Below the pieces are notes generated by a model. That model had not been told where the DNA came from, ran no database searches, and saw only the letters and a list, made by a program, of their open reading frames with translations. From positions 3,162,001-3,226,000 of the forward strand of contig CDRNST010000007.1 in assembly GCA_977016875.1 (NCBI GenBank): a DNA stretch of 64,000 nt, in the 5' to 3' direction. Of this stretch, positions 22,601-35,300 are shown piece after piece (within the stretch, counting starts at the first letter, position 1; every line of letters starts with the position of its first letter). This DNA is from Pavona decussata (Eukaryota). The translations under genes were made by a program, and so were the position numbers.

Positions 22601-25600
22601 TAAAAACTGCTCTAATGCAAATACTTATTTGCAATCAATTCTCAATGGCACCGTAATAGAATATTGCAAGACAGCACCTTCGAAATTGATGTCAACTAAC
22701 ATGTTCCTTAATAATTCAGCATCACGCCATTTTACAAATTTCACTTTGAAAACGAAATGTCGGTTTTAAGTAGTAAGAGGGGTCGGTATAGTCTGATTGC
22801 TTTATTTTGATCACGTGATCGAAATAGGGCTCTCTCATTGGTTACGGATTATATCGACCCTCTTTTACTTCTGTTTTATGCGGGGATTACAACCAGTAGT
22901 ATTGACTGTCTCACTTCCACGCCTAACCATTCTTAGAAAAGCTACCGAATAGGACTTTCATGTAGTGCTCTGTGGGAGATTGGCCAAACTTTAGATCTGC
23001 TGAGCTGGTTCTGACTTTCCAGTCTGACTGAAATCCTACCTTGTGACCATTTAACTACTGAGCAATACTTTCCTGTGGTGCTGTTTATTATGCTGTACAA
23101 GGTGGTTCTAACTTTTGAGTCTGTGCATGAAAGCCTAAAGTGTGACCATTCAAATGAAAGCTACTGAACAGTACTTCCCTATGGTGCTGTTTATTATGCT
23201 GTACAAGGTGGTTCTAACTTTTTAGTCTGTGGATGAAATCCTAAAGTGTGACCATTCAAATGAAAGCTACTGAACAGTACTTCCCTTTGGTGTTGCTTAT
23301 TATGCTGTACAAGATGGTTCTAACTTTTTAGTCTGTGGATGAAAGCCTAAAGTATGACCATTCAAATGAAAGCTACTGAACAGTACTTTCCTGTGGTGCT
23401 GTTTATTATGCTGTACAAGATGGTTCTAACTTTTTAGTCTGTGAATGAAAGCCTAAAGTGTGACCATTCAAATGAAAGCTACTGAACAGTACTTCCCTTT
23501 GGTGTTGTTTATTATGCTGTATAAGGTGGTTCTAACATTTAAGTCTGCAAATGAAATCCTTTAGTGTTACCATTCAAATGAACGCCACTGAGCTGTACGT
23601 TCCTATGGTACTGTTTATTATACTATGCACTGTGGCTTTTTAATGAAATCCTACACCTGAGGTATTCTTTGCCGTTAAAATGAAAGCTACAAAGTGCTTC
23701 TTTTCTTCGCACATGGTACAGCTTGTACATTGTTTTTCGCAAGTGAAATTCTATTGAGACCAATTGTGAGGTTTGCTCTGCATTCTGGTAGACCAAATTA
23801 AAATGAGACCTTTGTTCAAAAATTCTAAATAGCAGCAAAAACTACTTACACCGGCAGAGTTGTCACAATACCACTCAACCTCGTGTTTCCTTTCTCATTC
23901 TGCAGCAAGCCAAAGTACAAAAAAGACAAATGAAAATCGAGAAACAGCATGTCGAAGAAGATAGCAACAAGCCGACAAAAGCAAACATTACGATACAAGG
24001 AAAGAACTATCAGGCTTCCGAGAACTTTCCTACAAAAAACAGTTCCTCAGCACAGAGAACATCTTCTGACCGAACATCATCCCACCATACTGTGGCTAAC
24101 AACGATGATGACAGGAGCAAAAACGCTGACAAAGACGGAGAGGTCAAGGTGCAAGCAAAGCGGTTCTTTCCTTCGTTTTCAGTTATAAAAGAACGTTCCG
24201 TAGCACTTGGAGAATCGTCCGAGCAAACTTGGAAACAGCGCGCTGCAGCTAACAACAATAACAACAGCAGCATCATCAGCATCTTTGACCACAAGAACAA
24301 GAACAACACCAGCAAAGACAACAACAACAGCTGGAATACCAAGCACAGTGGCAACAGCAACGCCTACAATGACAAGAAACGAGAACCAATCCAGGAGATT
24401 GCAGATGTAGCTAGTTCCTTCTCCTTAGAAGCTTCACCAAATCTTCAAACTGCAGAGTCGTCACTACACACCACGCAACTGGTAGATTCAAACATCCCTT
24501 CTTCTCCCGAGCCGGTCAAACCCTTGAGAGAAAGACAGCTACAGCCTCTGCCACATTTTGGTCACGTGATACCTCCACCGCTGGAGTTTTCTGAAAATTC
24601 AGGTGAGAGAAAATTTAAAGTTCTTAAAAGATTTCTTTTTTATTTTTTGATTGATTTGTTTATTTATTAATTTTATTTCACGACACACGTTACCAAAAAA
24701 ACAAAACAACATATGAGCGGAAGAAAATATATTACAGTTTGAGGAAGCCTTAGGAGAAACCATAGGGCTTATAGAATAAGGCCTCTTCATTGCAGCACTG
24801 TTACATATAATGTTTAAAGACTGTGAGACGGTTGATACATTACAGTTGAGACAATCATAAAACGACTATCATCCTTCTTGGCAACAAAGCTGCTGTTAAG
24901 TGATGGTAGCTGAAATGAAATTGTCGAGTGAGAAATTAATAAATACGGTGTTTTTTCAAAATTATGCTGTCTTGTTGTGAAAACTGTGGAGTGTGTTAAT
25001 TTATGTGCACCTTAACTGGGTGGGGGGGGGGGGGGCTGCACTGTTTGCAGCGTCTCACGTTATTGGTGGAGAGGACAAAAGAACGAACAACAAAACAATG
25101 CGCCAAGAAACAAAAAACAATGGAGCTGCAAGTTATCTGGGTCCAGAACAGATGCAGGTGTAGTGTAACTTGGACATGCGAGTCTTTGGTAACAATACTC
25201 TATCCCAATATTCATGAAAAGATTGATCAATCAGAATTAATCTGTCAAACAATTATTCTCTTGCTAGCTAGTATTGCGACGGTGTGAGCTTCATTCTACA
25301 AAAAAATAGTTGAAACTAAAAGGAGCCTTGAAAATGGGTTGTCATACTGGGCCGGTTACCATGACACAGTAGTGAACTTTCGTACTGGTGTTAAGAATCA
25401 CGATCTGGTGCAGCTCGCAAAGATAGCGGCGTACAATTCGTATTGATAACAAATTTTGGACCAGTATCTTGAAAACGAGTGCAGAGGCACAAAAGGTAAA
25501 CGGGATGAGCTCATACCAGTCTGAAAATTGCACGTACTGGTATCTTGTAAAAACACTCCCTTAACGGAAAATTCAACAGTGACTTCAAACTCTATGCCTC

Positions 25601-28600
25601 TCAGCTATAACTAACCAAACTGTCTTTTTTTCTCTTTCGATTGACAAGTTTGTACACGACTGTAATAGCATGCCTGGAAATCGTATTACACGTTATTTGT
25701 ATCTGGCCAAACATAAAAAAAAGCAGTGGTTTACTAAAAAGTGCATTGTACATGTGAGTACAGATGGAAAACAGACGCATAAAAGCTAATCGATGAAAGC
25801 TATGACTACACCAATTCCACGAACAACAAGAACTACAGTGAACAGCTGCAGAAACTACACAAACTTGACGAACCACAAAACTATATGAACTTCACGAACT
25901 TGTCTTTGGTTGGTGACAAACAGCTACAAACCAACTGCTTTGTTCCTTTGTACATAACTGGAACAGCATGCCTGGGAATTTTTTCGGACGTCATTTGTAC
26001 CTGACTAGATATAAAGAATTCCAGTGGACTAGTGTAATGCGGTGTGCATGTGGGAGTAGATGGAAAACAGACATATGAAAAAAGTGAATACCTCAAAGCT
26101 GCGACTACACCAACTCCACGAACGACAGGAACTAGCAGAATTTGCAGGAACTATACACAAACTTGACGAACTTCGGAAACTACAGTGACTATACAGTACA
26201 ATTGCATTTTATCTAGGAGTTAAATGCTTGTTACATTGCGAATCAAACATGATCCTAGAATTATGTCACAAGACAGCCAGTTAGACAGTTGTCTGTTGTT
26301 CACAGACCTTCGATTTTCTCATAAAGTCGTCGAATGCGTGAGCAAAATGACAGCCGAGTGGAGTTGGAGTCAGAGTCAACGCGAGGGAGTGGGGGTGTTG
26401 TTTGAAGGAGAAAATTAATACTAAGGAAGTAATTAAAGGCTGTGCACAGACAAATCAGACACTCGGTAAATAAACTGTAATCCATACTGGCAATTATCCG
26501 TAGTTGGCTTGTGTGCATGCGCATGTTATTTTTTTTTTCTTTCGGATGGGAAATTTAGTTGCCCGTCTGACTTGACCTGCCATCAGGTTCAATCCACCGT
26601 TATGAAAAAGATGCCGACTGGTACATTTACTCATAATTCTTAGCGTACGAAAACCCTTAAAACTCTTATAAAAACGCATTGAAAAGTTCTAAAAACTTCA
26701 AACCTAGCGTTGACAATGTTGTTAATACAGGAACGAATTTCGCAAAAAAATATGGCTTTCGTTAGGTTCCCCAAGGTATTGTGGTAATATGAACAGCCTC
26801 CATCTTTTTCCGCAGGGTTGATTTTAGCAGTGCTCTTATTTCCTCTTACGTGGTTTTACGTTCCCGGGAATGGTTTATCAAGCAAAAGCTGATCGCAGGT
26901 TACCATCAAAAGGTCTTAGCGAATGGCTTCAAAAGTTGAACGTAGTGTAGATTCCATTCTTATCTGTACCCCGAATTGTACGGTGCCTACTAATGCAGGG
27001 GTATTTTTGCGCGTTTTATGACTGCCGGAACAGAAGATCTTGGGAAAGGCACCGTTCTTAATGTGTTCAGGCGTAACCAAAATCCTGGCCAAATTGATCA
27101 AAACACAGGCCGCGTTTGGGACGGTTTTAGTCATCATGATGACTTTACTACCCCCTCCCCCCTTCTGAAAATGTTGATGAACAAAGAGGGATCAATGCGT
27201 GTGATATCTACAAATGCAAATGCTCAACATTGCACAGGGGCGGGGGTGGGGGCGGGTAGATGGGTTAATTTTAATGGGCGACTTACAGCAAAGATGTTAA
27301 TGCTGTTACGGCAAAGTTAAGTGGAAAAAAATTACTTCAAGAAGAGCCAAGTGTGGATTGTGGCAGCATTGTTTAATTATGAGTTGATAATTGGTTAATA
27401 ATGAGTTTAGACTGAAACGATTCTCATATCATTCCTTTTTTTGTTTAATCATTCCAAGCAATCCTTTGTTTTTCTTTGTTTTTTCTGCATTTCCGTTTCT
27501 TGTTTCTTTTCCCCTAGATTTTTCAAGAAGTTCTATCGTTGCTGAAATTCAACTGGCTCATGTCTGGATTAGAATTTAATTTGGTCGTAAAATTTTCTGA
27601 AAAATCTGCTGTCACTGGATGGAAGAAATGACTTTGTTTGTTAGTATACAGCCCAAGCTTAGCTCTGTAAATGCTGAGAATTGTCGAGTGCTGCAACTTA
27701 ATAAATAGACCTGAAGTAATTTTCAGCGGTAGTGACTTTTGCAGCGTTGCACACATTTTATGTAGCCTGCGTAGCTGGTTTAAATTGATACGCGACGAAG
27801 AAAAATTCGTAAGCAATAAATGGAGCATTGTAGAGAAGAAACTAAAGTAAACCATTGTGTCAGAGAAAGCGGTTTCTCTCTCCTCCGCCTAATTTTCTCT
27901 CGGCTTGTCGCTCGTCGATTTTTGGCCGTCGGGTATCGCCTCAAACCGCCACTGAGCTGTGCAAGCGCTAGCTAATTTTTAAATTTGAACATTTTCCTTT
28001 ACAGTTAGAAGTGAAAGAGTTTTATGCCATGTTATCGCTCCTAGTCGTGAACGATCCTAGCTTTCCTGACCTACTCCTAGAGATGAGACCACAAAAAAGA
28101 AATGTGGACTTTTGATTTCTTCTTTTAGTTCACAAAGGCGCACAGTTTCAGTTGACAAGAATAAAAAGAAGTTGTCAGCTAGGCAGCATTAGCTTGATGT
28201 ACAACCAAATTCTTGAACTACACGTAAACACGGATCACGAGATCTCCCCCCCCCCCCCGCCCCCCTCTCTACAAAAAATATGAATAGTGTACATTGCGTT
28301 GCGCACATATAGTTAAGATTTAAATGTGTATTGTTAAACATCCTGACCTCTTCTCAATTAATATTCCTCAATTGAAGTGAGTTTTATTTCCCATGCCACG
28401 TTTTTACCAGGCCTCCTATAAGTGGGCTCGAATTCAAGCCGTTTATTCTGGGGAATTAAAAAAAAAATTACATTTTTCGATTGGCTGCCCCGAGGCAGAA
28501 ATCTTGCGGTAATAAGATTCCACTTCCCCAACATCTCTCCTGGTGACCAACCGCTGACTACGAGATTGGTTTCACAACAGTCCACTTTTGGTTTTCAGTG

Positions 28601-30549
28601 CCCTCAAACTTGTATTTATCAAAGCGCAAATTTACTGGATTTTCGTTGAAAAAAATGCCGTTGGGTTTAGAACATGGACAGAAGGGTAATAAAAGGTACT
28701 AGGTTGGCTGAACTATAAACAAGAATTTTGTATTTCCTGTTTTCATTAGATTCGCCAACAAACAAAGATGAAGACTTGCAGCCACAAAAAGAGAATGTCG
28801 AGATCATGGATGAAGGAGATGGCAGTGAGTTTACACACCTTAGTGGACTCTTTGAACCTCTTAGACTTAATCACAAACAAGTGAGATATCAACACACTGA
28901 TAGCTTGAGCGTGATCGTGCCAATTCAGTCGTTGGAAGACAAAAGCGACTCTTGGCAAATGAGCGAGAATTATCAAGATGGCGAGACGAAATTCATTGGC
29001 TCAGAAGACGAGCCGTGTAATACGAGTCATGTGACCAGCAGTGGAAGTCGTCTTCGAAGAGTTGACAAATCAGTGAGCGAGGAATTTGCAAGTGACCTGC
29101 CGCCATGGAAACGACAGATCTTACTTAACCGTAAGCTCAAGGAGAAAGCGCGGGAAAAGGCAGAGCGCGAAAAGGTAGCTGACCAAGACTTCTCCCAGAA
29201 ATTTCACCAGAAAAACATTCTAGTTCTGGTGTTTTGGGCCCATTCACACCAACCTCGTCTCCAGGGTCTCTCCTCTTCACTCTCTCGCTCCCTGGGGACC
29301 CTGGGAACGAGGTGTCATTCACACGTAAATCTGAGAACTCTCAGAGGGGCCAAGTGCGGTTATTGTATGTTTTTTTTTTTATAGCATGCGATAGACTGGA
29401 CTTACCTTACTGCTCTCATTGTACACCAACGACCTGTGTCTTCAATGGACAGACGCGAACAAAAACCTACATTCCTTTTGTAGCTCTTTTTGATTCAAGT
29501 TCTTTTGTTGTGTTTTTTCTAAAATTTGCAGAAAGAAATCGAAGAGAGAAAGTGGATCGGTGTTGCCCAATGGAAAATTCCTTTACTGGCTAAACGAGAA
29601 GAAGAGAAGTTAGTAAAACTTCATGGTGTAACTATATATAAATTACGGCATACACCATAGATGTTCTCCTGTTCGCCACATCATCAGCGGGCTGCCGACC
29701 GCTGAGGACCTCGCTCCCAAGGTCCTCTCTCTTCCTCCCGGAAAGGACCGTGGGGACGTGTAGAGTAGAGTAGAGTAGAGTGTCTCAATGGGGTTAACGG
29801 TTAGTCGCAAAATGACCAAAACTTTTAGTCATATGGCGTAAAAAATGGACAATTTTAATTGTTAGTCGTAAAAAAAGTTAATCGTAAAAATTTGCTATCC
29901 ACAATTTGTATTTAGAGATTGTCAAGATCACTTATGAGGAGTCTTTTGGTGTCTTGTCTAGTTGCTGGTGTACCCTATTTCAGCCTTTTTAATCCGGGAA
30001 AGGTCGTTAGAGACCTACAGACCTTAAAATTGTGTTTTGCAACAATGGAAACTAATTTGAACTTTCAGTAAAGCAACTGACTTTTTTCAGATGTCCATTA
30101 ACCCTAAGGGAGACAAAATAGTAACCGTTAGCCGTAGAAAAGCCAATATATTAGCCGTCAACCGTAAATGCCACCACCTCACTGAGACCCTCTCAGTACT
30201 GAATGGCTTAATCTCGGATACCGAAGCTTGCAAGATAGACTTGCATACATCAACTATAGCAAACAGCCGAGACTTTATTTTATCAACCCCTGTATAATCT
30301 CATAAATCTACTTCCGTTTTCTTTCTTTCCTTGTTTAGATTAAAAGAGGAGCAACGTTGGGTTGGCATGCCTGAATGGAAGAAACATCTCCTGAGTAGGA
30401 GAGGGACGGGGCAGATTTATCGCGACTATCATTCGATTGACTCTGGGAATTTCCTCAGGCGCACAAGGTCAGCGGAACCACATAACACGGCCCAGTCTAC
30501 AGAGTTCGATTATGTTACTCGGCCAAGAGGAATCTCTTCGTTAAATTAG
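13629..30549 (+). CDS. Espin/forked-like ankyrin-repeat actin-bundling protein, ~798 aa; exons 13629-14113, 14594-14777, 15317-15392, 15992-16098, 17147-17281, 23906-24602, 28750-29174, 29532-29608, 30339-30549
   Basis: Espin-type N-terminus (ERALIAAKEGDLQTLRSL) and about 9 ankyrin repeats (GATALHYAA, GATPLHDAA, GTTPLYLAAQDG, GATPAHYAAAQG, GGSPLHDAAEQG). Low-complexity linker with PPPLEF. C-terminal LPPWKRQIL / VAQWKIPLL / MPEWKKHLL motifs resemble the espin actin-bundling module. All intron phases are compatible (2397 nt). Joining the N- and C-terminal halves into one gene is inferred. Confidence 0.78.
15073..15250. other. Assembly gap (N run)
   Basis: Run of N. Confidence 1.
16498..16745. 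other. Assembly gap (N run)
   Basis: Run of N. Confidence 1.
17505..17600 (+). mobile_element. Penelope-type terminal repeat fragment with decayed hammerhead core
   Basis: cagacaaagggctaacgcttgaaacgtcag resembles CTGACGA-stem-GAAACGTC with core mutations. Related copies at ~63450-63575. Confidence 0.5.
20052..20248. mobile_element. Palindromic MITE with TAG...CTA termini and 9-bp TSD
   Basis: tagactgttcacagtcccccta / tagggggactgtgaacagtcta. Perfect TSD catcccaaa at 20043-20051 and 20249-20257. Confidence 0.9.
20956..21403. mobile_element. PIF/Harbinger-like MITE with long TIRs
   Basis: agccctggtcaaacggtgatgattg... / ...caatcatcaccgtttgaccagggct, arms ~170 bp, TTA on both flanks. Confidence 0.85.
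22346..22614. mobile_element. MITE carrying multiple CCAAT motifs
   Basis: agagtggttttcaattgag / ctcaattaaaaactgctct inverted termini and several ccaatca/attgg motifs. Confidence 0.65.
23020..23625 (+). repeat. 106-bp tandem satellite, ~5.7 copies
   Basis: Unit marker tg(t/a)gaccattcaaatgaaagctactga recurs at 23141, 23247, 23353, 23459 and 23565, an exact 106-bp period. Confidence 0.95.
25040..25145 (+). repeat. Dispersed repeat fragment, second copy at ~48440-48545
   Basis: Shared gagagga.aaaagaacgaacaa...acaatggagctgca.gttatctgggtc. Confidence 0.7.
25590..26185 (+). repeat. Two-copy ~298-bp tandem duplication
   Basis: gcatgcctgg at ~25668 and ~25966. gatggaaaacagac, gactacaccaa.tccacgaac and acacaaacttgacgaac each repeat with the same offset. 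Confidence 0.8.
29776..30193. mobile_element. MITE in last espin-like intron, preceded by (tagag)n
   Basis: agagtgtctcaatgggg / cctcactgagaccctct inverted termini and subterminal ttagtcgta/tagccgta repeats. Confidence 0.6.
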
Positions 30550-31361
30550 AGACTCTGTACTCAAACACGAGACTTTTAAGGCATATTAATTTGTTAATTG
30601 TCGATCTTTTGTGGTTTGGGTTTTTTTCGAGAATTAAACTTTCTGTAGTACGGTACGGCATGTGTCTAACAAGCTAACCCATTGAAAAATAAACCACTTG
30701 CTAGGTTGACCTCAGATATGAAGGTTGCCTTAAATTAAACAAGAAACTCCGCCCTGAGTTGTCTCTGCTCACTGAAAAGTAATGACCCCTAATGCAATAT
30801 CACATTTTTGCGACAAATATAATAGTGTAAGAAACGAAAGAAAAAAAACTGACAAGGGACATGAATGAAACGCTTCTTTCCCTACGATGTCTTCGGGCGA
30901 CTTGTCAGCCTTAATATCAAAATGGATGAAAAAGAGAGAAAAATACAGCCGACAGCGGTACCTCTGGACACTTTGCCGGAGCGTTGTACCATGACGATGC
31001 ACCACGAGATTTCGGCCCGCGGTTCGCTTATGCCAGCTGGAGATAGTTCCGCGCTGCTTTCCGATACCTTGTCCCCGACAAAACAGTGAGGGAGAGAGAA
31101 GTCGGCCCCCAGACCATATGAGACAGATCCCTTTCGTTGGCACCTCAGTTCCACCTTACTGACTTAAACTGAGATTCAGCCATGTATATATATGACAATG
31201 TAGTCATTTTGCCTTCCATGTGGTACGTTTTGAGGTTTGAGCATGCGTACGGGCTAAAACGATATAATGACAGAAGGATGACATAGGTACCGCTAGTCTT
31301 GGACTCCTTTTACCTTATTTGATTCTAATCTTGCAATTTTTATTGCCGTTTTTCATCTTCC

Positions 31362-31670
31362 ATCTCCATCTCCAAAAGATACGGGGGTTTTTACAGACCA
31401 CAGCGTCATTATTTTCCAGGTTAACGCTTTTATAAAAGCCCCACCAAAAACTCTGAGATTTGTCTAGGATTATGCAAAAGACGACTTTAAGGGTCTCCGT
31501 ACGGCTCTGTCAGCAATTAACCTCTCTTCAATCATAGCCAATGACGATATAAATACTGGCTGGCATCAATGTAAAGACACGTTTCTTGTAGCGGTCTCTG
31601 ACTATCTACAGACCAAGACTAGAGGCTTAAGGGACGGAATCCCATACCTTGGATGTCTGGTGTCATACTG
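31362..31670 (+). mobile_element. Degenerate LINE (CR1/L2-type) ORF2 fragment
   Basis: Translates to ...GVFTDHSVIIFQV...V*DYAKDDFKGLRTALSAINLS...DINTGWHQCKDTFLVAVSDY...(frameshift)KGRNPIPWM. This matches the end of the APE endonuclease (S/T-D-H) and the linker before RT. Internal stop and frameshift. Confidence 0.75.
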
Positions 31671-32312
31671 TTAATTTGATCAAGTCCGCTTGTGGGCCAC
31701 CGTAGTTCTGAAACATCAAGGCAGATAAATGAATACCAATAGCTTGTCAGGGCTTTTCAACTTTTTCATCTGAAACATCAATCGCGTTGCTGATATTTTC
31801 GTTGTTTATGAAGAAACAATGCGATTTCTCTGAGATACTTTTATGATCCATAAGTATTAAATTTAACGTTCTGGAAAATATCGATAACTGTGAGACCTAT
31901 GATTTTGTTCTGTGTATGTGTAGTCTATATTTTGCTCCTTTGTTAACAAAAGTTTATAGATCCGTTCCCTAGCTCCTAGTACGATTGTTCTGGTCCCGTA
32001 CGTCTTAAACAGACTTAACACTAAGGATAGAAATGGGGTTTTGCGGCGACGATGAAAAATTAATCGTATGTGTACTCATATAAATTAAGAGACCACAACA
32101 GAACGTTTTAAATGCTCATCATTTTATTCATTTTAACTCTGATTTAGAGTGCTTTACAACACTTCGTAATTTACCCGATTATTTAATAAATTTGGTTACA
32201 ATATTTGATCAAAACATTTGAATGAGATATATATATAAAGCGAAGTTGTCCATAAATCTCTTCCATAGGTATAGTCCATCAAGAAGCTGTCCTTTGCCTC
32301 GCGTCGTATTTT

Positions 32313-35300
32313 TTAGGATCCTGAAAAAAAAACCCGCATTTTCATCAATATGCATTACGGTCTTCATCCCAAATTTAACGGAGAAGTGTGTTTGGGGAAA
32401 CAACTTACATCTACTCGTTTTGCTGGATTAGTTCAACAATCAAAGGCAAGTTAAGATACAAATATTAATCTCTCTTGTTTCCGTTTCACGGCGGAAACTT
32501 CCTCTTCGCACAGTGTGCGAAACCACGGCCACTGTTATGGTCACGTGTTCGCCTCTATTTCACATGAGAAAACTTGACTTAAATTATGTTATAGTATCAT
32601 ATCGAGTTTGTGCAGCATAAAAATGTAGATTTGAGTTCAGTTTTGTTGTTTTATAAGGAAGGTAACCGATGCACGGTCGGCGGTGCTCTTTCTGCAGTCA
32701 AATTCCACATACATGATAAACTATTCCATATAACACTCACCAATTATCAGGGCCGTTACTTTGACTGGATCATATCCGTTAGGTTTGTGAATCTCTTTGA
32801 CACACAGTCGGTAGTCAGTGCTGTTGATAGACTGGAAACAAAAACAAATTACAGGATAAAGTTAACACCAATGAAGGGTATCTTTCAGTCTATTTGTGTG
32901 GGACACTGAGATGTGTAAAGTGCAAACGTGGGACGCAGGCTACTTTCAGAGGAAATTTGAGATGAAAACCTTTAGCTAACAGATTCAGCAAAGGACTATT
33001 TCAGCTGATCAACGAGGACTTCTCAGTTATTACAAACATGAAATTTCGTTCCACAGCCGACAGTAAGAACTGTCGCCTTGGGTGTTAGTGACGCGTACAT
33101 GAAGAGTATAATGCTTTACCTCAACCCAAGATGCGATGCTGTTGTACTCAGGAATCAAATTATCGGATGCACCTCCTGACGTGTGACCCGCTGACACAAT
33201 GACTGTGGGCACTTTGGAGTAAGACTTTCCCAATTTTTCGACCTAAGAAAATAATTAATTTCTATAAGTGGTTTGAATTATAATGTGTTCAGTAGCAAAT
33301 TTTATAGTTGAGTCTGAATGAAAGCCCAGTGCAGCGTAAACAGTCAAAGGAAAGCTACTGCGCAGTACTTTACTGTCTTGATAACAAAAAACTTTACAAC
33401 ACTTTATTAAAAACAGAGAGTTACAAGTTAGGTATATACCTACCCGCAATTAGCTAAAGCTAGTCGAGGCTCGTAGGTGTGACTATATTAAACTAAATGC
33501 AAATAAATTTTGATGTTTACAAATTGACATTGTTAACAAAGTTTAGAAAGCAACAGCAGCAACTAAAATAAAACTTAGTAAGTCTTGATTTTATTGTGTT
33601 GAACAAGGTGGGTCTGGATGGAATCTTAAAGTGTCACGTGACCCACTGGGAGTACTTTTCTACGGTGCGTTATATTATGCTTTATAAGGTGGTACTTTCC
33701 CGTGCGCTGCTGTATGTTATTCTTTCTGTCTTTTCTTCCACGTCCAAGGTTAATGAAAGCCACAATGATACCCACCCTTTCACAGTTGTTTTCAGGGGTT
33801 TAAAGAGAGAGGAGCTAAAAGCTCTTTTTACCTGACAAAAGGCGTTATGATATGCTGCCTTTGGTTGGTCATCGTTTGGAAAGTCCACTATTTGTTGACT
33901 GGTGCCGAGTTTTCCAGAGTTTTCCAGAGACTCATAGGCAATCCAGTTCTGCGAGGAACAAAGACAAACAAATTAGGTTTATTTGTAAAATTGTAAAAGG
34001 TCCGTCCGAAACATGTTTTTCAAACTTAAAGGGGAAGTATCATGGGGTTTTTGATATCTTTTGTTAAAAATGATGAAATAAGACCTTTAATCACCTGCCA
34101 AATAATTCTAGAATGACGAGAGGAACGAAATCAACTCAATTCTTGAAAGAAACAACTTGTTATCTGTTCTAGCGCATTTTGGAAACAAAAATGCGAGAAC
34201 TTGAAAAACATTAACCTAATATTTTTCAAGTTTCAATCCATACTGGCCCTCTCTGTCTCTGGCCAGAGGCACTAATCGACAGTTTTATTGCACTGGGGTG
34301 ATAATTTTTAACAAACTTGACAATTATTTCGTTGTTTCTGCTGACAGTCAAACATTTTTGGGTTTTGAAATGACAGCAAATTTTCGTGATACTTCCCCTT
34401 TAAAACCGTGTGTCCTTATTTGAAGATTATTTCTTGCCTGCTGTTATTCCGTAAAAATTGTAAAATTGTATTTAAAAAATCCGGATAAAAAGACGATCAA
34501 GAGATATTGCAAGAAACCATTGCTTTAAACTTCAACGAAAAACAGCTGCCCTTGCAATTTTTTCTAGCAATTTTGAATTCTTTTAATTTTCCAGTTATCA
34601 CTGTGGTTTCAAAAGCTGCTTTTCTTTTGTCGAACGGCTTAGTTTTGTGCTTTCTCTTTCTAAGTTATAGGAGACTGCTTCTTTCTCGTAATAGCTACTT
34701 TTTTATCCAGTAAAAAGGTTATTTTGAAGTGTGAATATGCAAGGGTTATTTTGTTTAGTAGCTTGTTGCTTTTGCTGTATTTGTAACACTGTGACAACGA
34801 GTAAAATCTATATATTGATCAATACTTTCCCGTGTTCACAAGGTTGTGTAAGGCGACTTTAACTTTTTTTGTTTGGGGGTTAAGTCACGATTATGCGCGA
34901 GTGACTATTCCTGAGAGAACGAGCAAGTCTTTTCCTACTTTGAGCTTCTGTATACTTCTTAGAGCACTGAAAGAATTTACAATCGGTCTCAGTGCATCAA
35001 TAACAACAATCTAAGCGCGCTCACCACTGTGATGTTTTCGTGAAGCCCATCGAAATTTTGCATTTCCCTCAAACACGCCTTGAAACCGGCGGAGTTGACG
35101 TTTTCCACCCAGACAGTAGCAGCATCGTGTTTTTGGCCCAGCACGGAGTGTTCAGCAGTTAGGAAGACATAGGGTGTCGTCTTAAACAAGTCCTGAAATT
35201 TTAAAAAAGATTAATAAATGCTTGGTCTAGCATACACTTCGATATTTTCTCCAATAACGCGGGGTGGTTACTTTCATCAACTCATCCAAAAGAGATGATA

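Noticed and set aside
23020-23625. Regular repeats as a possible CRISPR array
   Set aside because: The whole 106-bp unit repeats with no unique spacers, no cas genes are present, and the context is a eukaryotic intron.
24010-24410. Alternative-frame and antisense ORFs over espin-like exon 6
   Set aside because: By-products of the (AAC)n-rich coding sequence.
29655-29720. Minus-strand hairpin followed by GGCGAA-caggag, resembling the P4-J4/2-P2 end of an HDV-like ribozyme
   Set aside because: No matching P1, P2 5' strand or P3 upstream; that position is occupied by another repeat. At most a fragment.
30769-31154. Overlapping ORFs downstream of the espin-like stop (74-124 aa)
   Set aside because: No recognisable motifs or splice support; adjacent to a LINE remnant.
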